From NCBI GenBank assembly GCA_043228905.1, contig JBHGNT010000007.1:7936001-8000000 (forward strand): a stretch of DNA of 64,000 bases, written 5' to 3'. Positions 50,704 to 63,078 of the stretch are shown here, in pieces (position 1 is the first letter of the stretch; each line of letters starts with the position of its first letter). The stretch is from Azolla caroliniana. Taxonomy: Eukaryota; Plantae; Polypodiophyta. The translations under genes and the position numbers were made by a program. The notes beneath the pieces are model-generated. The model was not told where the DNA came from. It saw only the letters and a list, made by a program, of their open reading frames with translations, and did not search any database.

Positions 50704-51372
50704 ATAAAGAGGTACGAGTATAATGAGTACATGGCGCATCATTATGCGTACATGACGCGAGTGGCAGAAGTGCATGAGTGGGAGAGCTACGCCGAAAGCG
50801 GCGGAAGACGCAAACTGGCGTGCCGCGATGGAGGAAGAGATGCGCGCATTATCAGACAACGAGACTTGGGACTTGGTTGATGCACCTAAAGGTGTTAAAC
50901 CGATCGGATGCAGATGGGTGTTTAAGGGGAAATACAACACTAACGGCTCGGTCAACCAATATAAGGCCCGTTTGATTGCGAAAGGCTATGCACAGAAACA
51001 CAACGTCGATTACAATGAGACCTTCGTGCCTGTCGCGAAGATGACTACCGTGCGAGTTCTGCTAGCCGTAGCTGCGGCGAAGAGGTGGCATCTACATCAG
51101 ATGGATGTAAAGAATGTGTTCCTGCAATGTGACCTTGAGGAACAGGTGTACATGGTACAACCCCCCGGATTTCTATCTGAACAGAACACTTCGGTAGTCT
51201 CCCGATTGAAGAAGGTGTTATGCGGACTTAAGCAAGCCCCGCGAGCTTGGAACGCGAAGATTACGCAACGGTTGCGTAGAATGGGGTTTACAACATCAAA
51301 GTCGGACTATTCATTGTTCGTTCAGCAAGGTTGACATGGTTTGGTTTGTCTTTTACTTTATGTTGATGATTT

Positions 51373-54300
51373 ATTCATCTCTTAGGACTTGTATAAATAG
51401 TGTTGTTGAGCACATTGTATATACAAAGAATTTTACATAGTTGTTGATAATAGATTTAAGTTGTTTCTGCTCTTTCTCTGTCTCTTCTGCGTACCTTCTG
51501 TGTGTTAATCTCTCTCTCTCTCTCTCTGTTGCTATAAGGCTAAGCGGGTTGTCTAACGCTTCTGCACCTTCGTTTCTACATGGTATCAGAGCGCGAGGGT
51601 TGAGAACCTCTACAGCCGACATAAGCATCTGAAGACAAACCCTAAGACCCGGTAAGAACAGAAAGAGAAGTAATGGACACAGGAATGGCTAGCTCGCTCC
51701 CGGTGGAGAAGCTCGACATATCCAACTACGCATCTTGGTCATACAAGATGCACCAGTACCTGCTTGGGCATGGTTATTGGAGCTATGTCGACGGAGCTAA
51801 CGACACAACACCTCATGCGGCACACAAGGACTTCCTAGTGTGGGAACAAGCGGCAAGAAAAGTGATGTATTGCTTTGCATCTAGTGTCGGAGACCAGCTG
51901 CTGAGCCATGTCCGAGATGCCAGGATGCCAAAAGAAGCTTGGGGAAACCTGAAGAAGGTTTTCGCGACAAGCACTACGGCCTGGAAGCTGCAACTCCGAA
52001 AGGAGTTGAGCAATGTCTGACAGAAGGACATGTCGATAGCCGATTACACGGCCCGAATCAAAGAGATCTGTGACTCACTTGCCTCTATCAACATCAGTGT
52101 AGAGGAAGATGAGATGGTGCAGATCTGTCTTGGGGGCCTAGCGTCTAAGTTCAGAGCGTTCGGAACGACGGTATGTACAAGGGAGAATAAGCTGTCATTT
52201 TTCGACTTACAGTCAATGCTCCTTGTAGAGGAGAACCACGCCGGCGCATCAACGAGTGCACCCACCGACAACCGGATGTTGTACACGGAGGCGGATCAGC
52301 CCCGTGGGCGTGGTGGACGAGGCGGGTCAGCTCGCACTGGTAGCGGCCAGCAAGAGCAGGACCGAAGGCACAGAGAATGTGCTGACGGTAGTTCCGGACC
52401 CTGCACAAGCAGGGGGAGTCAAGGCGGCGTCGGAGGCTGGCAAGCAAAGGCGGACACGGAATGTTGGTACTGTAGTAAAAAGGGCCACAGAGAAAGTGAG
52501 TGCTGGAAGAAACACGCCGATTCGGACAGATACGGATCCAGCAAGGCTGGTAGAGAGAACCAGCAATACTCGCACTACACAGAAGGATCGGGAGGATCCA
52601 AAACCGGGAAAGCCGGTAAAGGACCAGCCTTGGTGATGAAACACGATGCTAACTCGATGAAGAATACCACTTCCAAATTGGAGGAAGTGTGGTACGTTGA
52701 TTCCGGTGCGTTGAATCCCATGACGAGCCACAAAGAGTGGTTCTCTTTCTTGGAGAAACCGGAACAACCGGGAGTCGTCGAAACCGGAGACAACACTCCT
52801 CACCCAATCGTGCATGTCAAAGAAGTCCCTTTGAGCCACGTCGGACAGAGGGGGAAGCTGATGAACGTATTACACGTTCCGACTATCATGAAGAACTTGG
52901 TGTCAGTCGGTCAGATCGTTGACCAGGGGATGCATGTGCGGTTTACGCACCTTGGGTGCTTCATCGAGGAAGAGGGCCAGATTATTGCGCAAGGGCGCAG
53001 AGATGGGAGGATGTTCATCCTCAACACTAATGACGTTGGCACCTCTTTGTTCGCCAAAGGACAGAAGCTTGAATCAGATATTGATCTCTAGCACAAGCAG
53101 ATCGGCCACGTCAATTACCGGAGGCTTAGACCTGCAAACGAAACAAGTTGTTTTCGGTTTGCCGAAGTTCAGCAGCCGGAAGGCCGAAATTTGTGAAGCC
53201 TGCCAACTCGGTAAGCAACATCGGCTTCCATTCCCCACCGAACGAAACCGTAGCTGTAACAAGCTCGACCTTATTCATTCGGATGTATGGGGACTGGCAC
53301 ATAGTGTTAGTCTTGGCGAGAGTCGGTATTTCGTCTCCTTCATCGACGACTACAACCGAGCCGGCACACGTGGATCTACCTCATCGAGAGGAAGAACGAA
53401 GTCTTCGAGTGTTTCCGGAACCTTCAAAGTTTGGTTTAATGAGAAACGGAGAGGAAGATCAAGTGTCTGCGGTCGGATGGCAGGAAAAAATACTTTTCCG
53501 GCCAATTCAACAGTTATCTGTAGTAGAACGGAATTTGGAGAGAATTCAGTTGCATGTACACACCGGAGCAAAACTGTGTGGCCGAAAGGAAGAACCAATC
53601 GATTGTCAACGTGGCAAGGGCAATGCTAGAGCAGAAGAGCATGCCCCATTTCTACTGGGTTGAGGCGGTCCGGACGGTCGTCTACATTCAAAACCGGATC
53701 GGTGACAAGGTGTCAGCACACGAGCTATATTTCGGGTGCAAGCCGAATTTGAGACACCTTCAGATATTCGGTAGCATTGCATATGTGCATGTACCTGATG
53801 AGAAGCAGAGGAAGCCGGATCCGAAGTCGGAGAAGTGCATCCTAGTCGGTTACTCACATGAGCAAAGGGGGTATAAGTGTTATAACCCCTGAACTAAGTA
53901 GGTCCGAGTAAGCCAAGATGTCGAGTTTGATGAGACGGCATCATGGTACTCCTTACCAACTCCAACTCCCGACGAAGACCCAATTCCGGAAGATGAGGCT
54001 AGTGAGGCCGAGGAGGTCTAGGTAGAAGATGAAGACTTTGGCACTCTAAAAGAGAGTTTGATTTCATTCCAGTTGAGTGGACCGAATGAGTGGCTGAGTA
54101 GGGGTGACCAGTCAGATGAGGAACCGACGAGTAGTGGAGACTCTACCGTGCTCTCCCCGCACGAGGAACCGAGGAGACGGTTCAAGCGCAAAGAGAAGGG
54201 GAAGAAGAAGATGCCGGAATACGAAACCAGCATCTTCTTCTTCATCCTTCTTCGGGAACGATGTCCAAACCGGCCAAGAAGGGCCTCAAACCGGGTAACG

Positions 54301-55912
54301 ATAAGTTACGCCAGTCTTCCCGCCATAAGAACCCTGTGAAGCGGTAGGGGTACAATGAGTACATGGCGCATCACTATGCATACATGACCAAGGTGGCGGA
54401 AGTGCGTGAGCCGGAGAGCTACGCAGAAGCGGCAAAGGACGCAAATTGGCGTGCCGCTATGGAGGAAGAAATGCGGGCACTTGATGCCAACGACACATGG
54501 GACCTAGTTGACCCTCCCCGACACTGTAAATCGATCGGATTTAAGTTGGTGTACAAGGTAAAGTACAATGCCGACGGTTCTGTTAACCGGTACAAGGCCC
54601 GGTTAGTGGCGAAGGGATACGCGTAGACCCACAAAATCGACTACGACGAGACGTTCGCTCCGGTAGCGAAGATGACGACGGTTCGTGTGGTGTTGGCGGT
54701 TGTTGCAACAAGGGGGTGGCATCCTCACCAGATGGACGTGAATAATGCATTTCTTCAAGGCGATCTTTAAGAAGAGGTCTTTATGACCCTACCCCCCTAT
54801 TTCCAGTCGGAGATGAACAAGTCGGTTGTATGCCGACTGAAGAAGTCACTTTATGGCCTGAAGCAAGCCCCCCGAGCTTGAAATGCGAAGATCACGCACA
54901 TGTTGCATAAGATGGGGTTTGCGGCCTCCAAGTCCGACTCTTCGTTGTTCATTTGGCAAGGTCCAGACGGTTTGGTTTGCATCTTGCTATATGTTGATGA
55001 TCTAGTCATCACCGAACCCGGACTCGATGAAATCAGCCGAGTCATGTCCCAATTGTCGGACGCATTTGAGATGAAGGATCTGGGGGACCTTCACTATTTC
55101 CTTGGGATCGAGGTGATCCGAACCCCCGACGGCATATTTCTCTCACAAAGACACTATGTGTTGAATATGTTGTACAAGTTCGGCATGACGGAATGCCCAC
55201 CGATCTCCACACCCTTAGACCAGAACCTGAAGCTTTGTCCTGACCCCATACCGGCTTGCGATGAGAAGCGGTTCCGACAAATCGTTGGAAGCCTTATATA
55301 TTTGACAATCACCCGACCCGACATCAGTTATCTGGTCAGCGTGATCAACCAATATATGCAGAAGCCGATCGTGGAGCACCTTCTGTGCGCGCATCAAATT
55401 TTGCGATATGTGAGTGGCGTGAAGGACCAGGGACTGTTATACCGGCATGGTATAACCAAAGAACTAGTCGGCTACATCGATGCCGACTAGGCCGGTGATG
55501 CATCGGATCGCCAATCCACCTCTGGCTATATCTTTTCCCTTGGTAGCGCGGTTGTTGCATGGAGGAGCAAAAAGTGGCCAACATTGGCCCTACCGTTGCC
55601 ACCTGTGAAGCCATTTGGCTTCGCCGACCCCGATCTTGATCTACTGCGACAACATTAGCAGCATGCAACTCGAAAAGAGCCCTGTATTCCATGCTCACAC
55701 AAAGCACATAGAAGTGCACTACCACTTTGTGCGTGAGCGTGTCCTGAGCGGTGAAGTCGAACTTCGGTATGTTCATATGGATTGGGAACTTGCCGACATC
55801 TTCACCAAACCGCTCGGATCGGACAAGTTGCAACACTTCACCGAAATGCTTGGTGTTCAACATCTTGACGTGCCACACTTGAGGGGGAGAACGGGCAAAG
55901 ACACCAGAACGA
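51373..55912 (+). mobile_element. Degenerate Copia (YKMHQYL family): truncated 5' LTR to 51580, PBS 51581-51592, gag-pol 51673-~55880
   Basis: TGGTATCAGAGC PBS; CWYCSKKGHRESEC, WYVDSGA, IHSDVWG, LLYVDDL, HTKHIEVHYHFVRE motifs with many premature stops. Confidence 0.9.
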
Positions 55913-58860
55913 TGTCATGAAGATTTTCGGCAATGGTGTGAATATCGCATAAAACATACGAAATCGAGTATGAATCATATAAAACAATAATAGTGAAAAT
56001 ACTATTTTAAATATGTTTAATATCTTAGTACAAAAAGATGGAGGTCTGCAAGAGCTTTCGAATGCACCTTACTACATAAGAAACGGACATCTAAGTCTCA
56101 AGTTATGTGGGTAGGAAGTTTGCAAAGGAAAAGAGAAAAATAAAACTATGAAATATCCCACATAGAAAGGAAATGTTTAGGCCTAACTATATAAACAGAT
56201 TGAGATCCATCATAAATCATCTATGTGATAAGAGCACATAATAAATAGCTGGACTTGAGCCACTTTTTGTCTAGATGAACATATGTGGCTAAATCGCCAG
56301 ATGTGGCTAAGTGCCTGAACTGGTTGGTGAAGAAACTCAAACTGGCTGACGATATAACCAGAAACCGCATAGAGCAGGCAATCGGTGACCGAATGCATCC
56401 GACAACCGGTGACTGAACGGATTCGGTGACCGGCGACGGAACCGATGACCGACGATCCGGATGTCGACGGTAACCGGTGGCATCCGGCATCCAGATAGAT
56501 ATATAAATAAATATATATATATGTATACATAAGGAATGCAAGTGTGGATTTGAACCTTGCACCTCCAAGTTGAGAGTCTATAAGCTTACCACTAAGCCAA
56601 GACATTTTCTTGAAATAATATTTTTATCATTATAACTTTACATGTAAATTCTCATACATGAGAGCTAAAATGAGTGACGTGGTTATCATGCACCACATGT
56701 AATACATGAGCGCCAAATGGCAAACATGCATTTTATGCATGTCTTGAACCCTCAAATGCATGAGGGCATCTATAAAAGAGGGGATGAAAAAGATCAAAAG
56801 GGGAATTTTTGTAATGTAAAAATCTTATCAAGAGCTTTATACTTTATATCAAAATTAATATTAAGAAGAAAATTCGTTATCCTTTTGATGATTTACCTTG
56901 TTCTTCAAATCTAAAGTCAAGAGTTCAATCTTAATCTCTCTCTCAATCTAAAATCAAGTTTTCAATCTTATCTCAATCTCTCTCTCTTTCAATCTATCTT
57001 AATTCTTTTCTCGCTAAAGCTTGTGCGTTCTTCGAATCCTTCCGGTACAGAACCCCACCCCGACGGTTCCGCCTCACGATCCGCACGTAGTGATGGATCT
57101 TCACGACATAATTAAGTGGTGAAGCCGATGTGAAAGAGGCGGCAGGAAGGATCAAATCGAGGATCGACCGATACTTGGAGATGGCATCCTCAAGCAATCA
57201 AGCGGGAGATTTCGAAAGGATGATGCTAATCGTCGAACAAATGATGAGATCTCGAGACAACAATTCAAGCGTGGGAAAGGTCGTCGACCGTGTCATTGAG
57301 CTCGAGGGTAAATTTGACGGAAGGAACATTACGGAGTTCCTTGATGCATACAGAAAGGAGATGAATCAAAGGGACGTGTCCGAAGCACGTCAAATCGCAA
57401 GTTTCAAGAGAGTGGTCGCCAACATTGTCCAAAGGCGCGTCGTCAAGCTTCAAGAAGGGAAGACAACATGGTCCGGATTCGAGAAAGCGATACTAGCGGA
57501 GTTCGCAACAGAAGATTTGTTGACGATGACTCGACATGCTTTGATAAAGTGGATAGAAAAGAAAAATAAGAAGATGAGCGCCTCGAGGGTGTATGACGAG
57601 TTCGACCAAATGTTTAGTCGTCTCCCCAACATAGACCAAGTGCTACTTGAGGAGGACAAGACTTTGTACTTCTTGAAAGACGTGGACATGAAGGATAGAC
57701 GAGAGTTGGGGACTCTCCTCGAAGATGATACCCAAGCGAACGGTCTTGTGGCAGACTAGGTTGCGGTGAAGCAAGCATGCAACAAGATTGACATGCATCA
57801 CCGATGGCTCCATGATATTGACTTGGTAAGACCAAGCGTAGAAAAAGCAAAACCATCTAAAGAAGTTGAGACGCCTAAACAACGCATCCAACATGAAAAG
57901 AAGATTGATGATGACTCGAGGGCGATGAAAGCCATTTCAAAGGAGGTCGAATGTTTTGGAACATGCGTCCTGTTTGCAACAACGTATGATGGAACAAGCC
58001 AAATAGAAGCTTGCATCAATGGACATAAAGAGTGTGAGGCTAGTGTAATTGAGGATCTAGCCGCTAAAGATGACATAGAGGAGGTGACTATGAACAAGAC
58101 CACAAACGTCGACAACGACCATGGCCGAATTTTCTCCACACATGCTCCAGAGACTTGGGCAGTTGCGTCAAAGAACCAACGTGAGACCCAAGACACGGAA
58201 GGTGTCAGCAAGGAGCCGAAGGTCGAAACGAATACATGCGACGAAGAGAGAAGCATGATCGAAGCTTGTTCGATCAAGAGGGTCAATGGGTACGAGGCCC
58301 ATGAGGTTGAAGAGATAGCCACGAAAAACGACATCAAGTCGGAGATAGCTACGAACGAGTGGATGGCGGATGGTCATGTGGAGACTTTCCCAACACCTCA
58401 TCTAGAGACTTGGGCAGTTGCGTCTGAGAACCAACGTGAGACCCAAGAGACGGATGGTGGCGAAAAAGAGAAGGACCAAGATAATACCGCCAATGACGAC
58501 GGCATATTTTTCTCCACACTTGTTCCAGAGACTTGAGCAATTGCGTCCGAGAACCGATGTAAGACCCAAGAGACGGAAGGTGGCGGCTGGAAATCGAAGG
58601 AGCGAAACGATGATGAGGAGGATGACCACAGACGAAGGAATTCCTCCACACTGGTTCTAGAGACTTCGGCAGTTGTGCCCAAGAGCGAACATAAGACCGG
58701 AGAGATGGAAGGTGGTGGCGAGGAGATGAGGGTTGAAGCCAACGCATAGGGAGGAATGGTGGCGATTAAGGACACCAAAAACAAAGCTATAATAGAGTTC
58801 AATGAAGAGCCAAATAGAGGCAAGAAAAGAAGAACCGGAATACAATCCAAATGAAAGATG
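55913..58860 (+). mobile_element. Gypsy 5' portion inserted in the Copia 3' UTR: LTR 55913-57108, Trp-like PBS 57117-57133, gag from 57181 continuing past a TAG into an acidic repeat domain
   Basis: TGTCA...CGACA termini; PBS TGGTGAAGCCGATGTGA; KFDGRNITEFLDAYRKEM is homologous to the gag at 24985; antisense tRNA-like cassette at 56546-56599. Confidence 0.82.
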
Positions 58861-59917
58861 ACGCGGTTGGTATTCTGACTCGAATGGAAGCTTACCCGAA
58901 CGAGAGTTGATCAACCAGGGCCGACCCAACCGAAAACCGGATGTAAACTAACTCGGACGAAAGTCGATCGTCTGAGTCTGATTCGACCGAATGCGAATTT
59001 GGATGAAGGCAGACCAAGCCAGAAGCTGGTTGGTCGAGATAGACAGAAGATGAACCGGCCTAGACGAAGGTCGAAGCAGGGTTTACGGTTTAGGGTAGAA
59101 GAAGGCCAAGACCCGGACATGGTCCGATGTGGTGAAGGGCCTGGAACCGGAAGACGAATCGGGAGCGACCGATTCAAACAAGAGCTGGAACGAATCAGAT
59201 ACAACCGATTTGGTTAAACAGACGGATTCAGAAGATCCGGATCAATTCAAGGCCAAGAGGATGAGAAGGCAGCGAAAGTCGACGTCAACACGAAGGAATC
59301 GACGAATCACCAAGCGCCGAAGTCACAATAGCAAGGGAGCTGAATTGGACATGTTGAGCAAACAAGCCGATCGAGGAGGTCGAGGTGCGTAGAATCAGAA
59401 GGGTCGCGGCAAACGGGATCGGACTGGACGAGGAGCGGGAGTGAGGCGGAGTGACGCCAGAAGGAGCCGGGTGGAAGAACCGCATGCAATGGAGACTGAC
59501 ACTACGATCCAACCTCAAGTTGAGATTGAGGGGGAGTGTTGAGCGGCAAGCTCAACCAGATCCGGATCGGCTGAATAAGCTGAGCTGGATCGGCATCCAA
59601 AAGGATGAGCCGGATAAATGAGATAGTGAGCAAGTGAGCAAGTGAGCCGGTGAGATGGGGAGCCGGTTAGCCGGATCAAGCAGTGATCGGAAGCCTAGTA
59701 GCAGCCTAGACTACTAGGTAGTTAATGTCTCGTAGTTAGTTTCAGACGCTCGTGTGAGCATTGAAGTACATTGTACTTCTATCAATCCTCTTAGGACTTG
59801 TATAAATAGTGTTGTTGAGCACGTTGTATATATAGAGAATTTTATAGAGTTGTTGATAATAGATTTAAGTTGTTTCTGCTCTTTCTATGTCTCTTTTGCG
59901 TACCTTCTGTGTGTTAA
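58860..59917 (+). mobile_element. Copia 3' UTR, PPT and truncated 3' LTR (59537-59917)
   Basis: PPT TTGAGGGGGAG followed by TGTTGAGCGG; same LTR as 32057-32496. Confidence 0.8.
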
Positions 59918-60430
59918 CCGGGTTCATGCGGGTAGATCTTATGTACGAACAGAGGCCGATCATGCCAACAGAGCGAACCATCTCCTCATGGGCCACGGTG
60001 GACTGGAGAGATGAGATGAGCCAGGACGAGTTGCTAGCGGCATGGATTCGACAGCTCGAGCGAAGGCCGGAGGACGTGGATCGAGCCTCGGAGAAGCTTC
60101 GGTTGGCAAGGTTGAAGAACAAAGGGCGGTTTGACCGGACTCACCGACTACAACCGAAGAAAATCGAGGAAGGCGACTGGGTCCTAGTGTATGACAATAG
60201 CCTCGACAACCAGCACAGGGCAACGCGGAAGTTTGCGAGGAGGTGGTTCGGGCCTTACGTGGTGACAGGCGCTGACGGCAACGGGACCTACCATCTTGCG
60301 GAGCTCGACGGTACAAGGATGGCAATACCGGTAGCGGGGAAGAGGGTCAAAACGTTTAAGAAACGACACGAGTGCGAGCCAGATCTGGAAAGCATGGACG
60401 GCGACGACGGGCGGTCCGAGGAGGAACTGT
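59918..60430 (+). mobile_element. Gypsy integrase C-terminal fragment (GPY motif)
   Basis: EEGDWVLVYDNSLDNQHRATRKFARRWFGPYVV. Confidence 0.8.
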
Positions 60431-62115
60431 CAGAGGGATTTGTTAAGAAAGGGACAGAGCACCTGGTATGCCGGTTGAAGAAGAGCTTATACGGACTAAA
60501 GCAAGCCCTGACAATGATTCTGGAAGTTCAACTCCTTCATGACCGACCAGAGATACCACAAGACACAAGTTGATCATTGTGTATTTGTGAAGAACTTCGA
60601 CGGAGGAAACTTCCTGAAATTGCTGCTATACGTAGACAATATGTTGATCCTCGGACCGGACCGGATGAAAATCGGAAATATGAAGAAGGCCTTGAATCAG
60701 ACATTCTCAATGAAAGATCTAGGTGTAGCGTGACAGATATTGGGGATGCACATAGTCTAGGACCGAACGAAGAAGCTGTTGTGGCTATCACATGAGAAGT
60801 ACGTGACAAAGGTGCTTCAACGGTTCAACATGTCGGATACTATGTCGGTCGGGTCGACACTTTCGGCAAATTACAAGTTGTCTGGGAAGCAGAGTCTGAA
60901 GACCAAGACGGAGAAGTTAGAGATAATGAAGATACCATATGCCTCTACCGTCAGAAGCTTAATGTACGCAATGGTGTGTACCCGACCGAATATCGGATAT
61001 GTTGTCGGAGTGGTCAACCAGTTCATGAGCAATCTGGGAAGACAACACCGGATTGTCGTCAAGTGAATACTCTGGTACTTGAAAGGCACCTCGAGCATGT
61101 GCCTCCAATTCGGCTCCAGTAAACCCCTATTGGAAGGCTTTATGGATTAAGACATGTCGGTTGATGTAGATACCAGCCGGTCCACGTTCGGATACATCAT
61201 GACATATGCAGGGGGAGCCGTATCGTGGCAGTCAAGGATGCAGAAGTTCGTTGCACTATCGGAAGCGGAGTATATGGCAGTCGTGGAAGCCAACAAAGAA
61301 GTAACCTGGATGAAGAACTTCATCAAAGAGCTCGGGATCCGGCTGGAGGAATTCTGTCTCTATTGGGACATTCAAAATGTCATCCACCTCGCGAAGAACG
61401 CGACCTACTATTCCCCGACCAAGCACATCCAGAGGAGATATCATTGGCACCAGGAAAAGGTAGAAGATAAAGAGTTCTTGCTGACTAAGACCCATATGGA
61501 GGAGAACGGGTCAAACATGCTGACCAAGGTGTTGTCAGCCGACAAGTTGGACGTGTTCCAAAGATGGATCAGACTAACGAGACATCCCATGCCGGAGTGA
61601 AGGGGAAGTTTGTTGGAAATTCGGTCCCTCCGGATGAGAATCAGAGGAGTCGGATCGAACGGATCTGGAAAGTATCCAGATGGATCCAGTGTGAACCGGA
61701 TCCAGGGACATATCTACAAATATGTTTCTAGTGTGCCTGTCATGGCCATATTTGTAAATAGTCCTAAAGTCATATAAGTATAAATATGACTTAGGGCAAT
61801 CACTTTCGAATAATTAGTTATGTTATCATTGTTATTATTTTCTGTACATATATTATAAAGAGAGTGTGTCAGAGAGAAACATAAAGTCTTTCTGTTGTAA
61901 CCGCCGGTTGGCGAAGTTATAAAGCTCAAGGTCGTTGCCTCTAAATCTCCTATTGTACCCCTATCTCTTATAGTGATAGTTGGAGTTTGTGGGCTCCCGT
62001 GGTTTTTTCCCTATTAGGGTTTTCCACGTAAACATCACGTGTCCTCTCTGTTGTCTGTGTAAGTGTATTAATCTCCATTTCTGTTTTGTTTTCAATTGAG
62101 TTTAAGACTCGGCCT
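60431..62115 (+). mobile_element. Copia RT/RNase H 3' end (to 61600), PPT and 3' LTR from 61611
   Basis: EGFVKKGTEHLVCRLKKSLYGLKQA...LTRHPMPE*; PPT GTGAAGGGGAAG; LTR related to those of the 44012-50703 element. Confidence 0.85.
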
Positions 62116-62520
62116 TGAGTGCACATGCACCTTTTTAGGCGCCGCCTTTATCGGGGAAGGTAAGCGCTCCTTTAACGAGACATGGCCCTGTATGTATGGT
62201 CATAGTGTTGTGATCAAATTATTGGATTGGTCAATCGCTAATCTGAATGATTCAGGACCGCACGAGTCCTTCACTAATAAGTCTTCGCACACCCACATCT
62301 TGCAAACTCCCTTTGACCATTCAATTATAAGAACTAGGTTTTCGGAGTCGGGGTCTTCATAGTCCAATCTCAATATTCGGTCATAACCAAAGGGTCGGTC
62401 CTTGGATAACGGCCCTTGACCTTTTTACGAGACATTATGAGTACATCCTTCTTATTTGAGTCGACATACTACATGGCCCACTCGTGTTCAATTATGTCTC
62501 TATTGGCCAAGGCTTCCCCT

Positions 62521-62976
62521 TGTAAAGAATCAGGTATGATTCTTGTGTAGCGGAAGAGATATGTGTTATGTGTATGTGTGAGAGGAAAGAGGAGAGGAGA
62601 GAAACACAAGATGGATAAGAGACAAAATGAAGTACTCAAGAAGAAGGAGATGTATATTAACAAGGAGAATATGATAAATGAAAATGTAGCATTACAAGGA
62701 GTCACAACCGACTTAGTATGAAGTATGAGGAGGGTGCTTTATATAGAGTCACCCTCTCTCTTCATTAACTTACAACAACCAGTCTCTCTCTTGGGGAATG
62801 TGAAGACTCATAGTCACGGGGAATATGTAACTTGTTAGTTATGTGTCATAGAATATGATTCTATGACACATAGTTAATGTGTAGAGAGTAGTGGTGTGAC
62901 TCGTGACCTTTGAGTAATCGTAGATTCTCAAAAGGTGTGTTCACACGTTATGCTATGTTGAGTTTGATTGTAAACA
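62521..62976 (-). mobile_element. Solo Copia LTR with TSD CCCCT
   Basis: TGT...ACA termini flanked by CCCCT (62516-62520 and 62977-62981); reverse-complement similar to the LTR at 16428-16778. Confidence 0.85.
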
Positions 62977-63078
62977 CCCCTCCATTAGTAGCCACCATCT
63001 TTTCTTGACTCACTTTGTCAGATGGCTGCCTAACAAGGTCATCTTCAAATATAATTTCTTCCATTTCTGCTTTAACGT

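Larger units (their letters stand above)
39900..51370 (+). mobile_element. Degenerate Copia (YKMHQYL gag family): LTR end 40169, PBS 40170-40181, gag from 40272, pol to 51370; hosts several nested insertions; 5' boundary approximate
   Basis: TGGTATCGGAGC PBS; gag, protease (WYVDSGASNHM), integrase and RT segments are collinear with 51673-55880. Confidence 0.85.

Noticed and set aside
59887-60573. 228-aa ORF as a novel protein
   Set aside because: A chance in-frame fusion of LTR, Gypsy integrase tail and Copia RT fragments with no proper start.
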